Shown here: piece after piece, positions 36,824-45,773 of the stretch
Numbering within the stretch: position 1 is the first letter of the stretch
Layout of the letters: each line of letters starts with the position of its first letter
Virus record (IMG/VR): IMGVR_UViG_3300032050_008197
Span: 1 to 63,295 of that record
DNA from: a virus
Taxonomy: Duplodnaviria; Caudoviricetes
Length of the DNA: 63,295 nt
Direction: 5' to 3' (one strand)
Made by a program: the position numbers and the translations under genes
Notes under the pieces: model-generated
Database searches by the model: none
What the model was told of the DNA's origin: nothing
What the model saw: the letters and a program-made list of their open reading frames with translations, nothing else

Positions 36824-37105
36824 TTATTTCTAAGGTGCTCATTAACAGTAGTGAGCATCTTAGAACTAACAAATAGTCTTACAGAATTATTTACTGATAG
36901 TTATGTAAGGCTAAGTTCGATTCTTAGTGGCTCACTAACGACTGGTGTGAAGGGGTTCAGGTTCAATTCCTGATGATTGTTCTAACTATGAGAGTAGTTA
37001 GATAACCTTGGTAGGACAAATAGTGCGGATTCGGAGTTATTCGTTAACAGTAGTAAGAAATTACTGCTTAGAACTCCACTTTACTTAGGCATAATGAAGT
37101 GCCGG
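36821..37105 (+). ncRNA. Structured non-coding tract with two tRNA T-arm-like hairpins, flanked by RNase III-like hairpins
   Basis: CTAAG-TTCGATT-CTTAG (36911-27), TCAGG-TTCAATT-CCTGA (36957-73), TAGTCTTACA/TGTAAGGCTA, TCTAACTA/TAGTTAGA. Confidence 0.45.
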
Positions 37106-37125
37106 TTTTATAAAAGGTTAAATAT

Positions 37126-37338
37126 ATGAAAGTAGGATTAATAGGAGGCTTAGTATTGTGGGGATTACTTTTCACACTAACCGGCTGTAACGGTGCTGTA
37201 ATGAAACTAAGTGCGGGAATAGAAAGAGTTGATACCTCTTCTACGTCTTCACAGATGTTTGCTAAGCCTCCATTCCCTCCAATCTGTTATGTATGGAATT
37301 TTGCCTCATGTAACCCAATACAAGGAGAAGAAAAATGA
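37126..37338 (+). CDS. Small lipoprotein
   Basis: Hydrophobic leader plus LTGC lipobox. Confidence 0.6.
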   Translation: MKVGLIGGLVLWGLLFTLTGCNGAVMKLSAGIERVDTSSTSSQMFAKPPFPPICYVWNFASCNPIQGEEK

Positions 37339-37571
37339 ATCCAGAATTAATAAGACCGCTAATCTGGTTAGTGATAGGTGGAGGTTTAGCCTATTACGGA
37401 TATAAGAAAGGGAAGATAGTAATGGTTGAGGTTAAGCAACAACTATTCACTCTCCCCTCAGTAATAATCTTTATAATATATGCAGCTATGTTAGGAGGAA
37501 TAGCTATCCCTTACATATGGAGCACATACCACATAGAGATTTATTCCAAGCCGGATTTTAATAAGAAGTGA
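37335..37571 (+). CDS. Two-TM membrane protein
   Basis: Two hydrophobic helices; ATGA-coupled to the upstream gene. Confidence 0.65.
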   Translation: MNPELIRPLIWLVIGGGLAYYGYKKGKIVMVEVKQQLFTLPSVIIFIIYAAMLGGIAIPYIWSTYHIEIYSKPDFNKK

Positions 37572-37643
37572 AATTGATTCCCGCAGTGCACTTAAGGGTG
37601 CATTGCATGAAGCAATAATGCTGAACTAAACGGTAAGATTATG
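37572..37643 (+). repeat. ~72-bp direct repeat (hairpin + leader + ATG), copy 1
   Basis: Identical to 38209-38282 except in the hairpin loop. Confidence 0.9.
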
Positions 37644-38210
37644 TATATAAATACTTATGGTCCAAGAAACATAGAAGAGATTGAGACTAGCCTTGAATCA
37701 TTCAGAGCAAGTCTAAGCATGCTCACATCTCTACAAGAAAAAGGATTTAAAACTATAAATGATGCATGGCGAACAGTCTGCAAAACTCAAGTAACTAAAA
37801 GAGACCTTGAGAAGTTTGCAGCTTTATTAGGTGACGAAGTTGAAGCTGATAAAGACAGCCGTTCTTGGGAATGGTTTAGTAAGTACGGAGGGACTAGAAC
37901 CGTAACTTTTTATACCTCTGGTAACTCCTGGAAAGCTAATAAAAAGATCTTAACTATGGCTATCAAGGAAGATCTCAATATCGAGCGTCATTACTGCGGA
38001 GGTAGCTACAATATAGAAGAACATACGATTGATAGTTTGATCTCTGCATGTAAGGAATCTATCAAAGATTATGAGAAGGCCTTAACTCTCAAAGACTCGA
38101 TAGACCAGAGAATAAAAGACTATGAAGCTGCTTTAAAGAAAGCAGTTGAGGAGGCTTTCGACACTCACATAAAGCCGGTCTATGTCTTGGTTAATTCTAG
38201 ATCTGTGTAA
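37641..38210 (+). CDS. Early hypothetical protein flanked by the direct repeats
   Basis: 189-aa ORF starting at the ATG of the repeat. Confidence 0.75.
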   Translation: MYINTYGPRNIEEIETSLESFRASLSMLTSLQEKGFKTINDAWRTVCKTQVTKRDLEKFAALLGDEVEADKDSRSWEWFSKYGGTRTVTFYTSGNSWKANKKILTMAIKEDLNIERHYCGGSYNIEEHTIDSLISACKESIKDYEKALTLKDSIDQRIKDYEAALKKAVEEAFDTHIKPVYVLVNSRSV

Positions 38211-38282
38211 TTGATTCCCGCAGTGCACTTTAAGTAGTGCATTGCATGAAGCAATAATGCTGAACTAAACGGTAAGATTATG
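38209..38282 (+). repeat. ~74-bp direct repeat (hairpin + leader + ATG), copy 2
   Basis: AATTGATTCCCGCAGTGCACTT...TGCATTGCATGAAGCAATAATGCTGAACTAAACGGTAAGATTATG. Confidence 0.9.
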
Positions 38283-38504
38283 AAAACGAAACAATTAGCG
38301 CCTATTCCTAATCAACAGAAAAGAGATAGAGCATTAAATGCTTTATATGCTTATGGACATGAAGGGACTTTAGAAGAGGATATCACTGATCTAATAACCG
38401 ATCTTTTACACCTCCATGCAGCTACAGGTATAGCCAACAGTACTATTGAACAGCTTCTTGAGAAATCAGTAATGCATTTTGAAGCAGAAAAACAAGGAGA
38501 ATAA
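38280..38504 (+). CDS. Early hypothetical protein
   Basis: N...RA..AL...DLITDLLH motif; starts at the ATG of the repeat. Confidence 0.7.
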   Translation: MKTKQLAPIPNQQKRDRALNALYAYGHEGTLEEDITDLITDLLHLHAATGIANSTIEQLLEKSVMHFEAEKQGE

Positions 38505-38505
38505 T

Positions 38506-38673
38506 ATGAAACTAGACTTTAACCCTTATTCTATAGAAGACCATAATATTCTTTATGCGTTTATTAAAAATAAAACCTATGAGTATTTACTAGACGCTCT
38601 ACCTAAAAAGTATAAACCAGAATGTTTAGTTACTGTAATGATGATAACTCGATCATACTTTAAAGGAGAATAA
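38506..38673 (+). CDS. Early hypothetical protein (start MKLDF)
   Basis: AAGGAG SD. Confidence 0.55.
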   Translation: MKLDFNPYSIEDHNILYAFIKNKTYEYLLDALPKKYKPECLVTVMMITRSYFKGE

Positions 38674-38675
38674 AA

Positions 38676-38918
38676 ATGAGCACATATAAAACCGTCAACC
38701 TAATTTCAGTTCAGGATAAAATAATAAAATCCTGTGACGCTTGGACATCAGGTATCAATCGATCCCCGCTGATAGGTTCTCCTATTAGGGATGCTATCAA
38801 GCAACTGAACCCAAGGAAGCTATCTGATAAGTCTGTTAGGGTCCAAGCTTACAGCAACAACCCTAACAGACTTATCGTAAGTGGACCACAAGGTTATTTT
38901 GAATGTGAGGTAAATTAA
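38676..38918 (+). CDS. Early hypothetical protein
   Basis: AAAGGAG SD. Confidence 0.65.
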   Translation: MSTYKTVNLISVQDKIIKSCDAWTSGINRSPLIGSPIRDAIKQLNPRKLSDKSVRVQAYSNNPNRLIVSGPQGYFECEVN

Positions 38919-38919
38919 T

Positions 38920-39096
38920 ATGAACGTAGATATAAAACTAATACTTATGAATCAAACTTTAATTATGAGCGCACTCGCCGAGTTGCTTTCATCTCATTCA
39001 GAAAAGGATAAGAGACACTTAAAAGATCTTCTCTTAAAACAAGTAGAGATTATTCAAGAGCAGCATCTGCTAATTAGTTCGCAGTCCTCTGATTAA
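38920..39096 (+). CDS. Small hypothetical protein (58 aa), not in the ORF track
   Basis: GAGGT SD; MNVDIKLILMNQ... Confidence 0.5.
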   Translation: MNVDIKLILMNQTLIMSALAELLSSHSEKDKRHLKDLLLKQVEIIQEQHLLISSQSSD

Positions 39097-39105
39097 CTCT
39101 CTTAA

Positions 39106-39162
39106 CCTGTATATTATTTAGCTTTGTATACTCCCACTATACACTTCAAAATAATATACAGG
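39106..39162. terminator. Long hairpin between convergent genes
   Basis: 14-bp inverted repeat CCTGTATATTATTT/AAATAATATACAGG enclosing TGTATA/TATACA. Confidence 0.55.
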
Positions 39163-39486
39163 CTAACCTAGTCTCTTCCCTATCTTAATCATTACTTTCC
39201 CGAAACTCTCAGGGTGCACGAACAATACATCATTAGTCATTATGGCTAGTAACCTCTTATCCTTATCCAGAAGCTCCACAATGCGCTCTGTTAAGACATT
39301 AGGTTCAACCTTTAGGGCGATACTCAAAGGACCGATTACGTCCCTATAATTCATCCTGAGAGCTGTCTCTACTAATTCAATAACAATCCAGCGTCCCTTT
39401 GGGACTTTAGTTAGCCGGCCTTTGGTTAGTTCCCTGAATATAGAACTAGGTATGAAAGGAGAGAATAGGTTTATCTTGTAAATCAT
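39163..39486 (-). CDS. Hypothetical protein (probable start MIYKIN)
   Basis: The upstream extension in the ORF track runs through the origin repeats. Confidence 0.45.
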   Translation of the reverse strand: MIYKINLFSPFIPSSIFRELTKGRLTKVPKGRWIVIELVETALRMNYRDVIGPLSIALKVEPNVLTERIVELLDKDKRLLAIMTNDVLFVHPESFGKVMIKIGKRLG

Positions 39487-39488
39487 CG

Positions 39489-39786
39489 ACTGTACCAACT
39501 GGACCATTAACTGTACCAAGCCGGTACAGTTAACTTAGCCCTTATTAAGGGTAGCTAAGTAGTAGATAGTAATAAGAATATAATTATTATTATTATTATT
39601 TATCTATCAACTGTACCGCTGTACTTTATAATTTTCATTTTTACTTCATAGCTTAAAAATAAATATATCTACTAGTAATCCGGTCCAGTAGTACAGTTTA
39701 AGGAAAAAAGTAGGTAAGCTTATGGATTTATTAGCTTCTACCACTGTACCCTTAAAGGTCCAGTTCTAGTACAGTAGTAGTACAGT
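39489..39786. other. Putative replication origin: 12 CTG[T/G]AC iterons around an AT-rich core
   Basis: Copies at about 39489, 39498, 39510, 39523(-), 39610, 39618, 39682(-), 39690(-), 39743, 39757(-), 39768(-), 39779(-); (ATT)n tract at 39583-39600; downstream of the primase. Confidence 0.65.
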
Positions 39787-40228
39787 TGAAGAAATCCTTT
39801 CTTAGTTGTTCTATTTTAATATCAAATTGGTTAATTTTCTTATAGTACCAAAGCAGTTCTTGAGCGTGGATAAAAGGCTTTCTATAAAACCTATAGTCAT
39901 CAATAGCCTTCTCATGCTCTATTCTGAAGGGTTCGTAACGATTCCAGTAAAAATGGTGACGCTCTGAAGTTAGCGCTTTATATTCTGGCAGCGTACTGAG
40001 CCTTAACTCTAATAAAGATTGATGATGTCTTTCGTGACATACCCTACAAAGAGCGATGCAATCAGTTAGTACTTCTTTTCCTAAGCTCCTGTAATGCCTA
40101 TGGTGAACTTCTTTCGCTAAACAAGGACACAATGCACACTGGTTACTCCAAAAGTCTAAAACACGCTGCCTGAACTCTCTCCAGTGGTTACTTTTAAGGT
40201 ATTCTTTATACTTAGTTTTATAGTCCAT
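39752..40228 (-). CDS. HNH endonuclease (McrA-like)
   Basis: YLKSNHW...CALC...EVHHRHY...LCRVCHERHH. Confidence 0.8.
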   Translation of the reverse strand: MDYKTKYKEYLKSNHWREFRQRVLDFWSNQCALCPCLAKEVHHRHYRSLGKEVLTDCIALCRVCHERHHQSLLELRLSTLPEYKALTSERHHFYWNRYEPFRIEHEKAIDDYRFYRKPFIHAQELLWYYKKINQFDIKIEQLRKDFFNCTTTVLELDL

Positions 40229-42704
40229 CTATATCGTCCTCCTTTACAGGCAAGTAATGAGCAATATTATGCCCTGGGGTTTTAACATTAGGCAGCATCT
40301 GAAGTATTACTTGTCCACGCTTCACTAATTCTTGTAGCACATAACTCAGGTTCTTAGGTCGTTTAGTGCTTTTAATAGCAGTAGCAACTTGTCCGGCCTT
40401 AACAGCTTTCTGTCCGTTATCCATATAAGCTTTCTTAAGACCTTTCATGACTACATCCAAGTCCCTCTCACCCGAACCTTTAGAGATTTCAGCCAACTCA
40501 TTCTTAAAGAACCTTCCAGTTTGGAATCTATGGAATTCTATACAAGCTTGCGCTAATTGTTTATCCACTATTGCTGTACCTTGAGCATGATTATAAGAAA
40601 CCGCATTGCACATCAATCTGAGAAGCATCTCTTCTATACGAATATACATACCTAAAGAAGGTGCATCTGAGTCCTTACCTTGGGCTATATTAGCAATATC
40701 CTCTTGCTCTTTAAGATAATCTTTTACGTAATTGTGAGCTTCTTCAGTAATCTCTACATCTATACGTGACACACCAGACTTTCTAGCCTCACTACGAGCA
40801 ACATATACGGCCTCACGTTTATGAGCAGCTATCTGGTCTGCCTTGGCTTTTGGCATTAATTCCTTAAGCTCAGCTTCAGCATTTACGGTAATTTGAGAAG
40901 CATCTATATGCGCCATTTTAGATACCAAAGACTCTAAATAAACTTTTAAATCTAAAGAAGGAGAAAAGGATCTGTAATCAGTATTCTCATCGAAAGTTCT
41001 GGTTAGCTTTATTTTAGCCTTACCATTGAATATAAAGAATCTTGGGATAAATCCGTCTGCCATATCAGCTAAGTCTAGAGAGCTTGTAAACTTGTCTGGC
41101 TGGATAAGCATCCAAAGAGATAGCATTCCACCCTTAATAGGAGGAACTGTATAAGACAAAGAACCTCCAGGGTGAAGCCATGTTCCTTGATCCTTACCTG
41201 TAGTAGCTTCCTTGAAATACTTCTTAAGGGCTTTAGCATACGCAGGGGCGTTCTTACCTGTGATAGTCTGGAGATAGTCTCCGGATTCATCTATTATCAC
41301 CGTTCCTGCCCCACCGGCTGCGTAGAGGGAGGTGTGAAGGTCTTGAACGGAATTAGAGAAGCCTAGTACTTGAGGGTACTTTCCCCTAAGACCGGCTGCT
41401 TCGAGAGTTCTTTCTACAATATCTTTAATTGCGGATTTACCTACCCCAGTACCGGCTATAATTAAGCCGTTAACGAAAGGCCATGCACCTTTAAATCTAA
41501 AAGTCTCAGCTTTAAGAGCACCAGAGATAGCTAGAGCACCGGCAAAGCATATCTCAAGAGGAAGGTTAGATGTATATGCATGAATCTCCCTGACTAACAT
41601 TCCTAAATCCCCAGGGAAGTTAAGATAGAACTCATCAGGTAGTTTTTGATTCTCTATGTTTTCGGTAGTACTGAAAACCTGTTTAGCTAATTCAGTTTCT
41701 TTTTCATATTTTAGTTTAACTCTTCTCGCACGTTGCTGAGTAAAATAAGTAAGGAGATTCTGTCTACGCTCCCCTCCTTCTAAGAAAGCACTCCAATCAG
41801 AGGGCTTGAGATTCCTTACTATAAACCCATCCATAGAGCATAGATAATCCTCTTCAGGAGCATTCAGGTCTATCACATTCTCAATAACATGCTCTAAATA
41901 ACGTGTTATGTGGGTTCTTCTACTACCTTCAGTAAGCTTAGTAGAAGGGAACTCGAATTTATTGTAGGGCAGAGAGTGGCCGTTGTGGGTACCATTCAAG
42001 GATAATTCAAATTCGTTATATTTGTGAGCACCTAATCTAGCATAAAGGGGCGCAAGCTCATAAAGAGGGTGGTCTCCTATTCCTTTATGCTTAACTCTAA
42101 AAGGAGTTTGCAGGTCTGTTTTATTGTTATAGAACCCTGGGATACGAAGAACTTGATTGATATCAGTCATAGATTGGTCTAGTTTAGGAACTAAATCATC
42201 TAACAGCTTTTGAAGGGACTGCCATTGAATAACGTTATTCCCTTCTGCTGGTTCAGGTTTAATCAGGAAATAATAATGGAACTTATTAGGTGAGGACTCT
42301 ACGATATGATGAGGAGCTAGCCTAAGTTTTCTTAACTCTATATTTAAAGCTGCTGAATCGGCTGTATCAGTATCAATAACTAAAGCTTTAAGGAGTTTAA
42401 TGTTCGTGCGTTTGGCGCAATTCAGGTTATCATTCCCTTCTTCGGGCAATCCATCCCCTTCGTTAACAGTAAAGTAAATAGCACAGCCGGCAGTATTGGC
42501 TATTTGAAGTTCTATCTGAACTGCATCCGTGAAAAATTCCTCATAAGGTATGGCTCTTACCCAGTTTTTTGCACTGAACCATTTCCCAAAAGGGACTTTA
42601 ACTCCTTTAGGAGGGATAATAGAAACGGTAATTAATTTAAACCCAAAAGATGAGAAGAATTTTTTGAGAGGATTGATAGGAGTTGAGACTTCGATAGTCT
42701 GCAT
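40218..42704 (-). CDS. Primase (RepB-like N-terminus) fused to a DUF3987-type helicase
   Basis: YFTVN, VIDTD, VESSPNKFHYYF, VLRIPG; Walker A AGTGVGKS, Walker B IIDE, DGFIPRF. Confidence 0.85.
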   Translation of the reverse strand: MQTIEVSTPINPLKKFFSSFGFKLITVSIIPPKGVKVPFGKWFSAKNWVRAIPYEEFFTDAVQIELQIANTAGCAIYFTVNEGDGLPEEGNDNLNCAKRTNIKLLKALVIDTDTADSAALNIELRKLRLAPHHIVESSPNKFHYYFLIKPEPAEGNNVIQWQSLQKLLDDLVPKLDQSMTDINQVLRIPGFYNNKTDLQTPFRVKHKGIGDHPLYELAPLYARLGAHKYNEFELSLNGTHNGHSLPYNKFEFPSTKLTEGSRRTHITRYLEHVIENVIDLNAPEEDYLCSMDGFIVRNLKPSDWSAFLEGGERRQNLLTYFTQQRARRVKLKYEKETELAKQVFSTTENIENQKLPDEFYLNFPGDLGMLVREIHAYTSNLPLEICFAGALAISGALKAETFRFKGAWPFVNGLIIAGTGVGKSAIKDIVERTLEAAGLRGKYPQVLGFSNSVQDLHTSLYAAGGAGTVIIDESGDYLQTITGKNAPAYAKALKKYFKEATTGKDQGTWLHPGGSLSYTVPPIKGGMLSLWMLIQPDKFTSSLDLADMADGFIPRFFIFNGKAKIKLTRTFDENTDYRSFSPSLDLKVYLESLVSKMAHIDASQITVNAEAELKELMPKAKADQIAAHKREAVYVARSEARKSGVSRIDVEITEEAHNYVKDYLKEQEDIANIAQGKDSDAPSLGMYIRIEEMLLRLMCNAVSYNHAQGTAIVDKQLAQACIEFHRFQTGRFFKNELAEISKGSGERDLDVVMKGLKKAYMDNGQKAVKAGQVATAIKSTKRPKNLSYVLQELVKRGQVILQMLPNVKTPGHNIAHYLPVKEDDIDGL

Positions 42705-42742
42705 AACAAGGTTCCTTTTAAAAATCTAAGTAACTAAAAACC

Positions 42743-42931
42743 TTAAGAGCGCTTTTCTCTAGCTGTGCAAGCTTCATCTAAGAGAGTATTGATGAGCGCA
42801 TTCATACTAAAGAACGGAGTTTTCTTATGCTGCTTTTCAATACGCTTGAGTATGGACTCGTAAATGCCTAGTCCTCGTCTAAGCATCTTGCCTCTGGAAG
42901 CATCTTTAGGTGGTATTTTATATTTTTTCAT
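42743..42931 (-). CDS. Small Arc/ribbon-helix-helix-like DNA-binding protein
   Basis: Basic 62 aa with an SMNALINTLLDEA helix; divergent from the helicase. Confidence 0.5.
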   Translation of the reverse strand: MKKYKIPPKDASRGKMLRRGLGIYESILKRIEKQHKKTPFFSMNALINTLLDEACTAREKRS

Positions 42932-42950
42932 AGATTGGATAATTAATAGG

Positions 42951-42980
42951 TTGACACGTTAGGACACCCTAGTATACCTT
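42951..42980 (+). promoter_or_regulatory. Sigma70-like promoter of the helicase operon
   Basis: Perfect TTGACA at 42951-56; weak -10 (TATACC or TACCTT). Confidence 0.45.
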
Positions 42981-43014
42981 GACCTTCATTGGCAACAGTA
43001 AAACGGTAAGTAAC

Positions 43015-44367
43015 GTGATAATTGATAACGAGTTCATATTAAAAAACTGCGTACCTGCAGTACTGAGAGATGCAGGGATATCTCCTTTCGATTATCAGTA
43101 TGAGGGGATAAAAGCTCTGTTTCAGAAGAATAGGTTTCTTCTTTCGGATGACCCTGGCCTAGGTAAAAGTATGCAGTCTATTGTAGCTGTGAATCTTGTG
43201 CAGAGGTTTAACACTCATCACCTTTATCAGGATGAATGGCTACTTAAGCCTCTAAAAGTCCTAGTAATAGGGACTAAATCTATAGTTCTGAACTGGAAGA
43301 GGGAGATCAGTAACTGGAGTAATCCTGTAACAGAATGGACTGTCATTAATCACGATAAGTTAATCGGCAAGGATCATGAGAAGTACCTAAAGAATTGGGA
43401 CATAGTGATAGCCGATGAATCGGCACTCTATATAAAGAATCAGAATACTCTTAGGTGTAAGATGTTCATGCAGATAATCTCCACAAGCGAGAGAGTGTGG
43501 TTAATGACTGCAACGCCGGCTAGTAAGTGTGCATCAGATTACTATGTTACTTTAAAAGTTCTACTTCCTGATATCTTTAATAAGATAAGCCTAACTAAAT
43601 TCAAGATGAGATATTGCCAAGCCATAAAAGACCCATACACATACTCAGGTGTAACTTATGCAGGGTTTCACAAGAAAAACATAGCTGAACTGAATAAAGT
43701 ATTTAGAGCTTGTGCATTAGGAAGGAAACAAGACGAAGTTAAAAAAGATTTACCACCACTGACATTCTCTGAATATTTTGTAGATGTTGATAATGTAGAA
43801 AACTTTTCTAAAGAAGAGATTGAAGAGATAAAGAAAAGAATATGGGAAGGAGTGGAGCTGAGTTCTCAGTATCAAGCTGTATTAAGAACTAATGCGATAC
43901 ATAAAATCCCTTCTATCCTGGAGCTTCTGAGTACATATCCTTTGGATAAGAAAGTAGTCCTATTCATCTGGCATACAGATGTTGCTGATAAGCTGGTGTC
44001 TGAGATCTCTAAGACAGATAGAAAGGTAGATAAGATAACAGGGCAGATTACTTCTGAACTAAAGAGGCAAGACATCATTGATAGATTTCAAACTGGAGAT
44101 CTTAATACCTTGGTCCTAAACATGCAGTCCGGAGGTGTGGGGATAAACCTAACGGCTGCAACAGTAGGCATATATGTACAGTTTCCAAGCGTTGCTTCTA
44201 TGTGGATACAGAGTCTGAAGCGTATCCATAGAATAGGTTCCAAAGAGCCGGTGCAGATCATCAAGGTAATGATTGAAGGAAGTATAGATGAGGAGATTTT
44301 CTCAGTGTTAGAGCAGAGACTGGAGTATATAGAGCAAGTTGGTTTGCAATCTAGGAGGGAATTATGA
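43015..44367 (+). CDS. SNF2-family DEAD/H-like helicase (probable GTG start at 43015)
   Basis: DDPGLGKS, IADES, MTATPA, GGVGINL, RIHRIG. Confidence 0.9.
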   Translation: MIIDNEFILKNCVPAVLRDAGISPFDYQYEGIKALFQKNRFLLSDDPGLGKSMQSIVAVNLVQRFNTHHLYQDEWLLKPLKVLVIGTKSIVLNWKREISNWSNPVTEWTVINHDKLIGKDHEKYLKNWDIVIADESALYIKNQNTLRCKMFMQIISTSERVWLMTATPASKCASDYYVTLKVLLPDIFNKISLTKFKMRYCQAIKDPYTYSGVTYAGFHKKNIAELNKVFRACALGRKQDEVKKDLPPLTFSEYFVDVDNVENFSKEEIEEIKKRIWEGVELSSQYQAVLRTNAIHKIPSILELLSTYPLDKKVVLFIWHTDVADKLVSEISKTDRKVDKITGQITSELKRQDIIDRFQTGDLNTLVLNMQSGGVGINLTAATVGIYVQFPSVASMWIQSLKRIHRIGSKEPVQIIKVMIEGSIDEEIFSVLEQRLEYIEQVGLQSRREL

Positions 44368-44780
44368 GTTATCAAGAAGCAATGGAAGCAGCAGGAGCAG
44401 AAGTCCACGAGTATAAAGAGTTCGGAAGCTATCAAGGAACCTGGATAGCAGATGTTACTTACCGTGGAGAAAGAGGCTATGTAGAAGGATCATACGGATC
44501 TTGTTCCGGTTGTGACGCTTTTCAGGGAGAGTTTGATTATTCCTGGGATCATGAGCATGACAACAGAAAGTATTATAATCCTAGCTACGAGGAGCCATTA
44601 GCCGGCTGTCCTAAGTGCGAAGAATATAAGACTAAGTTAAAAGAGTTCGGTGAAGGATACCTTCATTCGATAGTTCCTAAAGAGCAGCTTGTCTCTATCT
44701 ATAGAAAGAAAGTTGCAGATGATTATTCCTGGGAAGATGATAAGGAAATCTTAGAGTGGTTAAAGGCGAGAGGAATATGA
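44364..44780 (+). CDS. Hypothetical protein
   Basis: GSYQG and YGSCSGCD motifs; ATGA-coupled. Confidence 0.7.
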   Translation: MSYQEAMEAAGAEVHEYKEFGSYQGTWIADVTYRGERGYVEGSYGSCSGCDAFQGEFDYSWDHEHDNRKYYNPSYEEPLAGCPKCEEYKTKLKEFGEGYLHSIVPKEQLVSIYRKKVADDYSWEDDKEILEWLKARGI

Positions 44781-45280
44781 GCGAGCAGTGGACGCCGGAT
44801 ATAGTTAAAAGGCTACTTGATGCTTGTAACGGCCATCCGGATGCTAAGATCCCATGGCCACATAAGCTCCTACACGATGCTGTGGAGGAGATTCGGGGAT
44901 TGATAGTAGAGCGAGCAGTGCTGAAGGGGTTTGTTGAAAGGAAGAACACTCTTATCCAAGACTTGCAAGCCCAGATCGCCGAGTTGTATGCGAATAAAGA
45001 TACTACAGACAAATTATTGGAAAGGGCGCTCCTACTCATAAACAGTAGGTTTATTTTTGAGAAAGAACCCGCAATAGACGTTCTTCAGAAACTTGTCGAT
45101 CATAACAAGCTCGAATCTGAACTCTCCACCCTCAAGGCCAGCACTAGAGAGAAGCTGCTTAAGGAGGCACTAGATATCCTGAATAATATGTACCAGGAGT
45201 TTTTGGAAGACCCAATCTGCCCTTCCCTAACTCTCCCTACGACTAAGGTTAGGGACTTACTAGAGAGGGCTTATGAATGA
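44777..45280 (+). CDS. Hypothetical coiled-coil protein (start MSEQW)
   Basis: GAGG SD; ATGA-coupled. Confidence 0.6.
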   Translation: MSEQWTPDIVKRLLDACNGHPDAKIPWPHKLLHDAVEEIRGLIVERAVLKGFVERKNTLIQDLQAQIAELYANKDTTDKLLERALLLINSRFIFEKEPAIDVLQKLVDHNKLESELSTLKASTREKLLKEALDILNNMYQEFLEDPICPSLTLPTTKVRDLLERAYE

Positions 45281-45473
45281 CGAAACATGGTCTGAGATAA
45301 CCACCGGATTAGTAAGTTCTGCGCTACGTAAAAGAGATCAGTTCATAGAAGCTTACATAGCAGAATACTTGCTTAGAACTGGGCTTTCTATTCAGGAGGT
45401 GCAGGTTGTAGAAAGGCGAGATGACAACGGTTACAAATTGTACTTAGAGAAGAGAGAGAGGGCTTATGAGTAA
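45273..45473 (+). CDS. Hypothetical protein
   Basis: Overlapping start; ends in ERAYE like the preceding gene. Confidence 0.55.
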   Translation: MNDETWSEITTGLVSSALRKRDQFIEAYIAEYLLRTGLSIQEVQVVERRDDNGYKLYLEKRERAYE

Positions 45474-45557
45474 AAGAGACAAGATTCATATCGGGGATAT
45501 GGTTAAAATCTCTCGTAATATTGAGCTGCTTAAGAAGAATGTTGAGGTGGAGGAAGT

Positions 45558-45773
45558 ATGAACTATTCAGAGGCAACTCAAATTAAACAACTAAGCGAAA
45601 CTATACTAAGTCTGCGGGTCACACTTATCCAGCTTAAGCTGGAGCTGCACGATGCTCAAGAAGAGTTGAAGAAAGCAAAAGCAGAGAGATTACTCTATAC
45701 TATAGTTCTTAGTGTTTTTGCGACTGCGATTAGTATAGGTCTTGCAATTTTAAGTGGGAGTATAATGAAATGA
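45558..45773 (+). CDS. Small coiled-coil membrane protein
   Basis: GGAGG SD; C-terminal TM helix. Confidence 0.6.
   Translation: MNYSEATQIKQLSETILSLRVTLIQLKLELHDAQEELKKAKAERLLYTIVLSVFATAISIGLAILSGSIMK

Noticed and set aside
33643-38282. Early hairpins read as a CRISPR array or integron attC sites
   Set aside because: The spacers are whole genes of variable length, there are no consistent RYYYAAC/GTTRRRY boxes, and no cas1 or integron integrase is present. The Cas4-like gene is the usual DUF2800 replication nuclease.
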